From contig CATNEN010000003.1 of NCBI GenBank assembly GCA_950097015.1, positions 15,624,001 through 15,688,000 of the forward strand: a stretch of DNA of 64,000 nucleotides, written 5' to 3'. Positions 19,301 through 28,906 of this stretch are shown here, in pieces. Every line of letters begins with the position of its first letter. The first letter of the stretch is position 1. Source of the stretch: Macrostomum hystrix. Lineage: Eukaryota; Animalia; Platyhelminthes. Position numbers and translations under genes: made by a program. The notes under the pieces were generated by a model that was given only the letters and a program-made list of their open reading frames with translations, had not been told where the DNA came from and did no database searches.

Positions 19301-20975
19301 TTCACCAGAAATCGTCGTGTCCCACAAGGGTCGAAACTCAACGGACGGTCAGTACGCGACCTTCGTGCGGCATTCAGGCATCTGGTACCGCATTTTATAT
19401 GGTGAAGTCAAACAAGAAGATCCGTACACAAATGCCGAGGGATTCGATATTGTTATCGAAGTTTTTAAACACAGTTCGACTGAAGCAACAAAGGAAACAA
19501 TCGATCAACTCGCCAAAAGGCTGACGCCTCTTGCTGAGTATCTCGGATGCTCCGGTTATGTCAACGCTATCGTGCAGATGCTCTACTGGATGAGAGTAAA
19601 GTCCGATTCATTCCTCGCACAATCGGAGGTGTCAAAGAAGCTGCTCAAGCTGCTGGATGCCATGGATGAGTCGAAGACCAAGCTCGAATCGACTCTCGAA
19701 GTACAGCAGGTGTTGCGCAGCAGGCAGGACCAAGGCCAGATCCCGCTAGACACTGAGCTGACAGCTGTTGAGTGCGCATTGTATCTGATCTCGCAGATGC
19801 CTTCAGAACTGGCTCAGAGATTCCTGATCATCGAGTGCGACTTGAGGGAGCTCCTCGAGTCGAGGAAGAAGCCCAGACGGTCCGATATCAACCTGGCGAG
19901 CCTTCAGGTGGACAGCCAGCAGCTGAGGGGGCCCGTGTCCATCGTGTGCCTGAACCGGCAGTCATCGGGAGAAAAGTGCCTCGCGCCCGTCAGTCTGGGC
20001 TCCCACCCGGTTATGGGGAGTGCATTCATCGCCGAGTCACGGAGCCGAGTCTCTGGACGTCACGTGACCAGCGTGTTGCTTGAAGACGGACTCTGGCACA
20101 GGATTGATGGGGCCCGGATGATTGCGGACAAGGATCCAGCCAGAAGCTCAGAGTTCGACATCCTACTGGTTGCCTATCGCAGACCATGGACCACAGCGGA
20201 TAGTGTAAAGAAATCTTCCGTAGAGACCCTTCGAATCATTCCGGTCTCCCTAATTCACTACTGCATTCTGAGAAACAATGACGACAGAGCTTACACGTCG
20301 GCTAAGGACCACAAGAATGTCGGCTACGCAAACTGCATCGCTCAGATGCTCTACTGGATGCGAGAGAAGGCTGCAGAGCCAAACGACTTTCTCAAAGATG
20401 ATCAACTTGGTTCAGAAGTGCTGCTTCTCTTGAACAGAATGAAACAGTCAGGCCAGGAGTCAGTTTCCAGCCTGCTGTCAGCCGTGAGACAGAAGCAGCC
20501 GGGCCTCTTTCCAGTTGGGCAACAGTGCGACTGCATCGAGTTCCTCCAGGAGCTTCTCAAGCTTGTGAAATTCAATGAGGGTGTTCTCACCAGCTTCGGG
20601 GAAGGTCAATGGTTTGACCGCCGTATCAATGAAAATGAATCTGGCGATTGGTCGACTAATGTCGATAAGCAACAAAGAACTATTAAGAATGGCGAGTTCA
20701 CCATTATCGCCTTCGAGCGAGTTGCAGAGACGGAAAAATTGTTCAACAAGGTCAATCTAGAAGAAGACCAAACTTATGGCCAGCCAGTCATCATCGTGTC
20801 CCACAGGGGCGAATCAATGGAGGAAGGGCACTACGTAGCCTATGTAAAATTCAGCCAAGAATGGTACTGCATCGATGACCAGAAGTCAGGTGCACAAAAG
20901 AAAAATCCTGGCCAAGAATTATATGACATTGTACTGGTTGTGCTGCAGAAAAAAGTGACACCACAGGACACTTAA
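13326..20975 (+). CDS. Copy B: intronless 2549-aa NERD/PD-(D/E)XK-like nuclease + Schlafen/UvrD-like SF1 helicase + multiple degenerate USP (C19)-like domains
   Basis: Nuclease: GDRLELEVFKHL..CDFVCLYSEGILLIECK. Helicase: Walker A ISGYLGTGKT (~14367), Walker B LLLDDF (~15000), ARNTQNI, SDAVGCEYPVVI, ACSRARVKLYV. USP Cys-box-like: DCVNSVVQALHW, GYVNAIVQMLYW, GYANCIAQMLYW. Also QQCDCIEFL and His-box IIVSHRGESMEEGHYVAYVK..WYCIDD. Confidence 0.88.
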   Translation: MAENSGGSQIAENSGGSQMAKNSSSQMAENSGGSQRRAGMEEVREHIQQWMQWSQKASQRQQADSQEPKPCMLMVPPTFIPEYKAYGEDSASKDENDQRLGDRLELEVFKHLQSIESFGIALHKVDAQVYSHRDKTTKTTTTFQMDETLRPEGKNCDFVCLYSEGILLIECKAGNSKADASEQFKATFDWIDKKIFNHLNITEGERENLKFHKIMAKYNKSNNEDEFQLRFVPIPEDGQFKGSEEGTSHLNNFFQLSNDAKPGLLSPSGQKFIDLVKLLVFSRPEHHYSNAKHIEFLNDKLWRQELWTRKILGLRDKESPKDFKGHVFFSQEQKEVLSSSEQCLLISGYLGTGKTTVLFQTAIERALGGKECLLVASEDVLNDFEAFWNTLLIPIVVDELEIDKFDSIVKELENSTRPVLLFGECDRLNEVRNNEIIESEEIDNFDELRKTITDDHTRSCYLLLSKNNDKYYKEFMETARARITCMNWSLFLRELELCSKLQSEAFMSDKEKLTNAENDAKNKREMDDAIDKREKLAEKLVPLFLDFLKQKYKEVPGLLLDDFPVFCSREHQCIREALLQFVLFRAKEQSFTWLTAQHRPHGIQYPWEGDELILKDRNAPIEDVSPDLSDIKQRLTQHQPDQQSGTENAVLKEVQLLHIARNTQNIADYWQQGIQASSRLKVQVAHQYPGYQVQEIKFHNITDLLLQLNHYLSRSILRYLSLDDVVLITSNSVYSRLKVLKEPICLKFEKMRIEVRKDAIREIHKYKKKREKHITDVPQILFQKFSKKGQVVESRSVRVVSVSDAVGCEYPVVIYLHGNFSQYPNQLGFTENFEYIEKRFAEGANCDCESRYGGYEEATAGLDLAMSWAQHANALMACSRARVKLYVCAHHLSPFWHDRRFCALKQDVGDRAHDGVDCVNSVVQALHWMRLMEPTCLPGRLDSLLCELLDSMQSMGSSGGDQKMLQGPVTALLQHVQSKSRQFALAVERGRQNRLLQQLLDSQPPSSVAAQASSLETTKSSARPENLDGQIFTVNLRPVRTTFQELQKLQKKCLGPSCQNARKVDVGSAGAVSVVRFVRTPSQVASRTLTELCKDEQLGEPLMAVTSRTESRKELIDVILKVEDQWQRLFYNESKKFVIEGTNHFQTSVELVIFAKLEEIHNAESSDTTGEQTTQCHAENFQQQLLKLLTGNKVQFTNRLKTLLALLKSILNKHQNQNQNKHQKFLEVVALLQNRMESGVNQFSYFSCCCCERNCEVEWTQRQGHQQQPAIKSLRSEFFSNGPDIINKTWLREHIFDRHLTEDKHMRDELQGGSKCCQKRSCEVQKYPSFTVVRFVEDSGCHDIEKTLNSLLNLQQQPAQQGDSQQQPAQQGDSQQQPAQQGDSQQQPAQQGDSQQQPAQQGDNQQQPAQQGDSQQQPAQQGDNQQQPAQQGDNQQQPAQQGDHQQQQPAQQGDSQQQPAQQGDNQQQPAQQGDSQQQPAQQGDSQQQPAQQGDNQQQPAQQGDSQQQPAQRWDEQLKIPLLALLSRRTRALGKDDETSPLSKEFGIAYNCPSERLPEKEKGHSRSLNCQAQSWSLLGYIDRFETAYDGKVKLDWKDWEYIELLVFDNKKEQPTSEGQQSKLLSHLHDSVEHLAKVWPHYWQNSEKNNGCEPNERDKRFNEFLETILKENGKSEWLEQPLEPLSEFVCVHTCTCSVYQLPVLTVPIRPVRTVLSELKTSVHSVTAHGSGPSGVSVLYFSRAQPENQSSVSLCSDPQLGEPVLTLGHCSNSSTYEVHARLNGSWFRIKPVKEPDPFEQVFTAAADSKLLIDLVVFQKAQKHETGQSSSLIQDLKNLQNNQQQQLAQKGLQQQIEIDPMKKLLDSLMMELMKILKDATEPCERGSQLCHDKDLNGMLDFLNFILEKSMQPAVTTFHDKCLEHHSQDNCKCMPFLQLTPGNIVKNKCNKCSNNATECSNENCTEKREFSVLYRDRVRNRNGKNQKPVQNNNDNFGSPEIVVSHKGRNSTDGQYATFVRHSGIWYRILYGEVKQEDPYTNAEGFDIVIEVFKHSSTEATKETIDQLAKRLTPLAEYLGCSGYVNAIVQMLYWMRVKSDSFLAQSEVSKKLLKLLDAMDESKTKLESTLEVQQVLRSRQDQGQIPLDTELTAVECALYLISQMPSELAQRFLIIECDLRELLESRKKPRRSDINLASLQVDSQQLRGPVSIVCLNRQSSGEKCLAPVSLGSHPVMGSAFIAESRSRVSGRHVTSVLLEDGLWHRIDGARMIADKDPARSSEFDILLVAYRRPWTTADSVKKSSVETLRIIPVSLIHYCILRNNDDRAYTSAKDHKNVGYANCIAQMLYWMREKAAEPNDFLKDDQLGSEVLLLLNRMKQSGQESVSSLLSAVRQKQPGLFPVGQQCDCIEFLQELLKLVKFNEGVLTSFGEGQWFDRRINENESGDWSTNVDKQQRTIKNGEFTIIAFERVAETEKLFNKVNLEEDQTYGQPVIIVSHRGESMEEGHYVAYVKFSQEWYCIDDQKSGAQKKNPGQELYDIVLVVLQKKVTPQDT
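17388..17858 (+). repeat. Coding 30-bp minisatellite (QQQPAQQGD[S/N/H]), 15 full units plus a partial, inside copy B
   Basis: cagcagcaaccagctcagcaaggtgacagt tandem. Confidence 0.95.
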
Positions 20976-21401
20976 CTAATGTGTGAGTGAGAGCCAAGTT
21001 TCAGCATCGACACCGCTAGGTGTGACCATTTTTCCTATTTTGATTGCCTTTCTGATTGCAACTTTTCTCTTAATTGGATTGCCAGTGTTTCATTTAGCAG
21101 GTGAGATAAGGGACAGGATATTCAATAGCCTGATCATTTGGCGGGATGACTTTTTGAGGTGGCAAAAGTGACAATAAGTACTTCTATTAATGCGACCGTC
21201 TCGTCCGTAGATGAGTCTATCACCTGTTACTAGCTATAGGTGCTTTTAGAGTTGCTCTGCTCAATGCCGATGCTGCTAACCGGAAACCCTGGCAACCAAT
21301 TTTGAAAAACAGCTTTGAAAACCAAATTACCAGTAACTGATCACTTTATTACTCCAATAATTTATTTACAACTCATGCTACAAGTTTGCTAAATGAGAAC
21401 A

Positions 21402-22266
21402 CAGTGGCGCAGCCAGGATTTTTTCTAGAGGGGGGTAGCGACTCTAAGGCGACACTACCAAGGGGCACCACTACCAAGGGGCACCACAGCCAAGGGGCAC
21501 CACTACAAGGGGCACCACAACCAAGGGGCACCACAGCCAAGGGGCACCACAGCCAAGGGGCACCACAGCCAAGGGGCACCACTACTAAGGGGCACCACAG
21601 CCAAGGGGGCACCACTACCAAGGGGCACCACAGCCAAGGGGCACCACAACCAAGGGGCACCACTAGCAAGGGGAACCTCTACAAGGGTCACCACAACCAA
21701 GGGGCACCACAACCAAGGGGCACCACAGCCAAGGGGGCACCACTACCAAGGGGCACCACAGCCAAGGGGCACCACAGCCAAGGGGCACCACTACAAGGGG
21801 CACCACAACCAAGGGGCACCACAGCCAAGGGGCACCACAGCCAAGGGGCACCACAGCCAAGGGGCACCACTACTAAGGGGCACCACAGCCAAGGGGGCAC
21901 CACTACCAAGGGGCACCACAGCCAAGGGGCACCACAACCAAGGGGCACCACTAGCAAGGGGAACCACTACAAGGGTCACCACAACCAAGGGGCACCACAA
22001 CCAAGGGGCACCACAGCCAAGGGGGCACCACTACCAAGGGGCACCACAGCCAAGGGGCACCACAGCCTAGGGGGCCCCACTACCAAGGGGCACCACAGCC
22101 AAGGGGCACCACAACCAAGGGGCATCACTATCAAGGGGCACCACAACCAAGGGTCACCACTACCAAGGGGCACCACTACCAAGGGGCACCACTGCCAGGG
22201 GGCGCCACATAGGTTCGTCAGCTGATTGGAGGGCGCATTGCCCTGCTACCCCCTGGCTACGCCCTG
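21402..22266. mobile_element. Non-autonomous hAT-type MITE filled by a ~17-bp minisatellite
   Basis: Ends CAGTGGCGCAGCCAGG / CCTGGCTACGCCCTG (imperfect TIR), flanked by TGAGAACA (21394-21401) and TGAAAACA (22267-22274), a 7/8 match consistent with an 8-bp TSD. Internal (ccacagccaaggggcac)n at 21450-22205. Confidence 0.75.
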
Positions 22267-22799
22267 TGAAAACAGCAATAAAACTTTTCCTTTATGACAC
22301 TGTGTCAATTTTTTATCCAACATTTTAGCCATGCTGTATTGCTTATTTTATCGCACCAAATCACTAAACCAGTGTTTATGCGTCATTAGTCCAGATCATT
22401 TTAGTACATTTAGTATCATTAGTCAATGAATAGTACTTTTATATACACGTCAATAGCCGTTTGATGTACGAAGACAGGTGAATGATTTGGACTTGATTCC
22501 TAGTTATCCAAGCTATAATTCTCGCACCACTTTTTGCCTCAAATATTTATGATTTGCAAGGCAAATTTTGAATTTACTCCTGTGACTGGTTTTTCGTTTA
22601 AGAAATCACGTTTTTTAAGTTTTTTTAAAATGAGTGTTTTTTTTTATAAATGGTTTAATGGTTTTAATTAACTGGTTAATTTAGGTGATTTGTACTGCAA
22701 AAAATTAAGTTTTTTTGATCCAATTTAATTTAGTTTTTAAGCCATTTCGTAGCTCTAAAAAGCTTGTTTGATCTCTATTCATTTTCTGCTTAGAATATA

Positions 22800-23715
22800 G
22801 GATATCTTAATAACTGACAGTGATTCTATGGGCATAAATTATCAGTTGAAGGAGGAAGCGAAGAAACTTTTTCATACGACTTTAGAAATTATAGTTGACA
22901 ATAAATTGAGAAGCACAAACTCTGGTGACTTCGCATACAATGTGGTAGATCAGCTCGCAGACGAGTTCGTGCCGCTATTTTTGGACTTCCTAAAACAAAA
23001 GTACCAGGAAGAAGTTTTACTCCTTGACGAATTTCCAGTTTTCTGCAGCAGGGAACATCAGTGCATCAGGGAAGCGCTGCTTCAGTTTGTGCTGTTCAGA
23101 GCCAAAGAGCAATCATTCACTTGGCTGACTGCTCAGCACAGACCCCATGGCATTCAGTATCCATGGGAAGGTGACGAACTCATTTTAAAGGACCGCAATG
23201 CTCCCATAGAGGATGTCAGCCCTGATCTGTCCTACATTAAACAGCGGCTCACACAGCACCAGCCAGACCAGCAAAGTGGAACAGAAAATGCAGTGTTCAA
23301 AGAAGATCAGCTATTTCACATCGCACGGAACACCCAAAACATCGCCGACTATTGGCAACAAGGGATTCAAGCTCCCAGCACGCTAAAAGTGCAAGTGGCT
23401 CATCAGTATCCCGGCTATGAAGTTCAGGAAATCAAGTTTCACAACATCACTGACCTCTTGCTCCAATTGAATCACCATCTGAGCAGATCAATTCTCAGAT
23501 ACTTGAGTTTGGATGATGTTGTGCTGATTACAAGCAACTCGGTGTACTCACGCTTAAAAGTACTAAAATAACCGATCTGTTTGAAGTTTGAGGACATGAG
23601 AATTGAAGTTCAAAAAGACGGGTTTCAAGTAGAGAAAGACAAAAAAATGCTCAGCAGCAAGCTGAGAAGACCCCGAATTCAGAGGAGATGAAAGTTGCTA
23701 AAATTCCTCAAATTA
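22800..23715 (+). pseudogene. Copy C: truncated helicase-core fragment of the same gene family
   Basis: ORF 22828..23571 aligns with copy B ~14940-15550 and copy A 3320-2440. GAA>TAA stop at 23569, a downstream frameshift, no nuclease domain or Walker A, and it runs straight into the 16-bp array. Confidence 0.85.
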
Positions 23716-23721
23716 CTACTA

Positions 23722-26700
23722 CCAAATCCACTGATTACCCAATTCAATGACTACCCAATTCACTGACTACCCAATTCACTGACTACCCAATTCACTGACT
23801 ACCCAATTCACTGACTACCCAATTCAATGACTACCCAATTCACTGACTACCCAATTCACTGACTACCCAATTCACTGACTGCCCAATTAACTGACTACCC
23901 AATTCACTGACTGCCCAATTCACTGACTGCCCAATTCACTGACTGCCCAATTCACTGACTACCCAATTCACTGACTGCCCAATTCACTGACTACCCAATT
24001 CACTGACTACCCAATTCACTGACTACCCAATTCACTGACTACCCAATTCACTGACTGCCCAATTCACTGACTACCCAATTCACTAACTACCCAATTCACT
24101 GACTACCTAATTCACTGACTACCCAATTCACTGACTACCCAATTCACTGACTACCTAATTGACTGACTACCCGATTCACTGACTACCCAATTCACTGACT
24201 ACCCAATTCACTGACTGCCCAATTCACTGACTACCCAATTCACTGACTACCCAATTCACTGACTACCCAATTCACCAACTATACAATTCACCAACTACCC
24301 AATTCACTGACTACCCAATTCACTGACTACCCAATTCACTGACTACCCAATTCACCAACTACCCAATTCACCAACTACCCAATTCACCAACTACCCAATT
24401 CACCAACTACCCAGTTCACCAACTACCCAATTCACCAACTACCCAATTCACCAACTACTCAATTCACCAAGTGCCCAATTCACCGAGTACCCAATTCACC
24501 ACTTACCCAATTCACCAACTACCCAATTCACCAACTACCCAATTCACCAACTACCCAATTCACCGAGTACCCAATTCACCAACTACCCAATTCACCAACT
24601 ACCCAATTCACCAACTACCCAATTCACCAACTACCCAATTCACCGAGTACCCAATTCACCAACTACTCAATTCACCAAGTACCCAATTCACCGAGTACCC
24701 AATTCACCACTTACCAAATTCACCAACTACCCAATTCACCAACTACCCAATTCACCAACTACCCAATTCACCAACTACCCAATTCACCAACTACCCAATT
24801 CACCAACTACCCAATTCACCGAGTACCCAATTCACCAACTACTCAATTCACCAAGTACCCAATTCACCGAGTACCCAATTCACCACTTACCCAATTCACC
24901 AACTACCCAATTCACTGACTACCCAATTCACCAACTACCCAATTCACCGAGTACCCAATTCACCAACTACCCAATTCACCAACTACCCAATTCACCAACT
25001 ACTCAATTCACCAAGTACCCAATTCACCGAGTACCCAATTCACCACTTACCCAATTCACCAACTACCCAATTCACCAACTACCCAATTCACCAACTACCC
25101 AATTCACCAACTACCCAATTCACCAACTACCCAATTCACCGAGTACCCAATTCACCAACTACCCAATTCACCAACTACTCAATTCACCAACTACCCAATT
25201 CACCAACTACCCAATTCACCAACTACCCAATTCACCGAGTACCCAATTCACCAACTACCCAATTCACCAACTACCCAATTCACCAACTACTCAATTCACC
25301 AAGTACCCAATTCACCGAGTACCCAATTCACCACTTACCCAATTCACCAACTACCCAATTCACCAACTACCCAATTCACCAACTACCCAATTCACCGAGT
25401 ACCCAATTCACCAACTACCCAATTCACCAACTACCCAATGCACCAACTACCCAATTCACCAACTACCCAATTCACCAACTTCCCAATTCACCGAGTACCC
25501 AATTCACCAACTACTCAATTCACCAAGTACCCAATTCACCGAGTACCCAATTCACCACTTACCCAATTCACCAACTACCCAATTCACCAACTACCCAATT
25601 CACCAACTACCCAATTCACCGAGTACCCAATTCACCAACTACCCAATTCACCAACTACCCAATTCACCAACTACCCAATTTACCAACTACCCAATTCACC
25701 AACTACTCAATTCACCAAGTACCCAATTCACCGAGTACCCAATTCACCACTTACCCAATTCACCAACTACCCAATTCACTGACTACCCAATTCACCAACT
25801 ACCCAATTCACCGAGTACCCAATTCACCAACTACCCAATTCACCAACTACTCAATTCACCAACTACCCAATTCACCAACTACCCAATTCACCAACTACCC
25901 AATGCACCAACTACCCAATACACCAACTACCCAATTCACCAACTACCCAATTCACCAACTACCCAATTCACCGAGTACCCAATTCACCAACTACTCAATC
26001 ACCAAGTACCCAATTCACCGAGTACCCAATTCACCACTTACCCAATTCACCACTTACCCAATTCACCAACTACCCAATTCACCAACTACCCAATTCACCA
26101 ACTACCCAATTCACCGAGTACCCAATTCACCAACTACCCAATTCACCAACTACCCAATTCACCAACTACTCAATTCACCAAGTGCCCAATTCACCGAGTA
26201 CCCAATTCACCACTTACCCAATTCACCAACTACCCAATTCACCAACTACCCAATTCACCAACTACCCAATTCACCGAGTACCCAATTCACCAACTACCCA
26301 ATTCACCAACTACCCAATTCACCAACTACCCAATTCACCAACTACCCAATTCACCAACTACCCAATTCACCGAGTACCCAATTCACCAACTACTCAATTC
26401 ACCAAGTACCCAATTCACCGAGTACCCAATTCACCACTTACCCAATTCACCAACTACCCAATTCACCAACTACCCAATTCACCGAGTACCCAATTCACCA
26501 ACTACTCAATTCACCAAGTACCCAATTCACCGAGTACCCAATTCACCACTTACCCAATTCACCAACTACCCAATTCACCAACTACCCAATTCACCAACTA
26601 CCCAATTCACCGAGTACCCAATTCACCAACTACCCAATTCACCAACTACCCAATTCACCAACTACTCAATTCACCAAGTACCCAATTCACCGAGTACCCA

Positions 26701-27640
26701 ATTCACCACTTACCCAATTCACCAACTACCCAATTCACCAACTACCCAATTCACCAACTACCCAATTCACCAACTACCCAATTCACCAACTACCCAATTC
26801 ACCAACTACCCAATTCACCAACTACCCAATTCACCAACTCCTCAATTCACCAACTACCCAATTCACCAACTACCCAATTCACCAACTACCCAATTCACCA
26901 ACTACCCAATTCACCAACTACCCAATTCACCGAGTACCCAATTCACCAACTACCCAATTCACCAACTACCCAATTCACCAACTACCCAATTCACCGAGTA
27001 CCCAATTCACCAACTACCCAATTCACCAACTAGTCAATTCACCAACTACCCAATTCACCAACTACCCAATTCACTGACTACCCAATTCACCAACTACCCA
27101 ATTCACCAACTACCCAATTCACCAACTACCCAATTCACCAACTACCCAGTTCACCAACTACCCAATTCACCAACTACCCAATTCACCAACTACTCAATTC
27201 ACCAAGTGCCCAATTCACCGAGTACCCAATTCACCACTTACCCAATTCACCAACTACCCAATTCACCAACTACCCAATTCACCAACTACCCAATTCACCG
27301 AGTACCCAATTCACCAACTACCCAATTCACCAACTACCCAATTCTCCAACTACCCAATTCACCAACTACCCAATTCACCAACTACCCAATTCACCGAGTA
27401 CCCAATTCACCAACTACTCAATTCACCAAGTACCCAATTCACCGAGTACCCAATTCACCACTTACCCAATTCACCAACTACCCAATTCACCAACTACCCA
27501 ATTCACCAACTACCCAATTCACCAACTACCCAATTCACCAACTACCCAATTCACCGAGTACCCAATTCACCAACTACTCAATTCACCAACTACCCAATTC
27601 ACCAACTACTCAATTCACCAAGTACCCAATTCAACTGACC
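23722..27640 (+). repeat. 16-bp minisatellite, ~245 copies, two sequence domains
   Basis: (ccaattcactgactac)n to ~24350, then (ccaattcaccaactac)n with ccgagtac/ccacttac variants. Confidence 0.97.
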
Positions 27641-27960
27641 CAAGGCGTCAGTTCAACTGAATTTCGCTTCAGGAAGTCCTCCGTGCAATCCTCAGGCAGT
27701 CGCTTGAGCCAGATTACTCCCCTCTTCACTTCAACGAGTTTGTCGTAGCCCAGCTTGGCGGTGACATTGTGCCGGTTGACTGCAGAGTGCACCAGTTGAC
27801 GCCTCAGTTGCTTCAGCTTTTCCCACTGATGTGGGTTCAGATTGAAGCCCGGGATGCCCGGCTTCAGCTCGCCCTCGGCAGTGTAGAAGCACCGTATCGC
27901 AATGAATCTATGACCTTCGTATTCTTGCACTTGAACCTTGAAGCCGTCGCAGAGATCCAT
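27631..27960 (-). CDS. PC4/Sub1-like ssDNA-binding domain protein, 3' end truncated by the 16-bp array
   Basis: FKVQVQEYEGHRFIAIRCFYTAEGELKPGIPGFNLNPHQWEKLK matches the PC4 pattern V.V.EF.G...+.IR.+Y...GE.KPG..GI.L...QW..LK. The stop codon falls inside array sequence. Confidence 0.7.
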   Translation of the reverse strand: MDLCDGFKVQVQEYEGHRFIAIRCFYTAEGELKPGIPGFNLNPHQWEKLKQLRRQLVHSAVNRHNVTAKLGYDKLVEVKRGVIWLKRLPEDCTEDFLKRNSVELTPWVS

Positions 27961-28329
27961 CGCAGAGATTCAAAAGTCAGAGATGATTTTTCTTTTCTTT
28001 CACTACCGTCATCACTCAGCCAGCATCAGTTAAAGCACTCCCCTTATATACCCTCGGAGTGGGGTGGGTTCATGGAGTGGGGTGGGTGCCGTAGTGTGTA
28101 AACATACAGGCTTATATTCAGGCACTCGAGCCGCTATATAATTTTCCGTACAGCAGATCATCATATTGGGCACATAAGATCTCTTCAGCTCATAAAACCT
28201 GACTCTTATATTAATTTTTAATATGTACCATTCAGAGCATTGCCGTCTACTTCACAATAACAAAGCTCATTGCTGGCAGCAAGCTGGGCTGCTTTACTCT
28301 TATATATATCGCATCATGCTCCTGCACCA

Positions 28330-28906
28330 ACTGTTAGTGCAGCAGAGTTGCATAAGCATTTGGGGCGCCCTTCTCCAATCTCTGTCCAAGTGCGGCAGAG
28401 TCGCATAAACATAGAAGGGCTCTCATCATTTCCAACTCTGTACAGAGCGGCGCACTACAACACGCGCGAGGACCCCTGTCCAATCCGATTATCCCCACCC
28501 CAACTCCCCAGACTGCCAAACAATGGCCAGGCCAATCCTATCCCTTTTCATTTCCGCCTTGTATGTGCGGCAGAGTTGCACAAGCATAGGAGCGCCCCTT
28601 CTCCAATCTCTGTCCAAGTGCGGCAGAGTTGAATAAGCATTAGAGCATCGGCATTGGGTCACACAGAAGGACTCCCTCTTCCTCTCTTCCTTCCCCTCAG
28701 ACCCCTCTAAGCGCCTCACCCCTCGCTCCACCAATGTACAGTGCGCCTGGCTTGCCTAATCATACACGCGCGGCCTGCCCTAACCCCAACCCAATTAACA
28801 CCCACCCCATGCCATCGCCGTCCTATCCTTTTGCATTGCCGCCTATCTCCGCAATGCAAGTGCGGCAGAGTTGCATAAACTCATACTACTTATATTATAT
28901 ACAGAT
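28330..28906 (-). mobile_element. Candidate transposon terminus with subterminal repeats next to the PC4 ORF
   Basis: TGCGGCAGAGTTGCATAA-like motif ~5 times and a ~70-bp direct repeat (28345-28415 vs 28570-28640). The minus-strand end reads A|TCTGTATATAATATAAGTAGTATG. Confidence 0.35.

Noticed and set aside
13326-20975. Interpretation as a Helitron Rep/Pif1 helicase with protease
   Set aside because: No HUH Rep motifs, and the helicase motifs are Schlafen/UvrD-like rather than Pif1-like
20983-21171. Hydrophobic 62-aa ORF just after copy B, possible membrane anchor
   Set aside because: GTG start in a different frame, and the one nearby donor/acceptor pair I tested does not join it in frame
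21373-22225. 279-aa Gly/His-rich ORF and antisense ORFs
   Set aside because: Lie within the MITE-borne 17-bp array
24471-27748. Long ORFs of 868, 283 and 180 aa
   Set aside because: Stop-free frames of the 16-bp array
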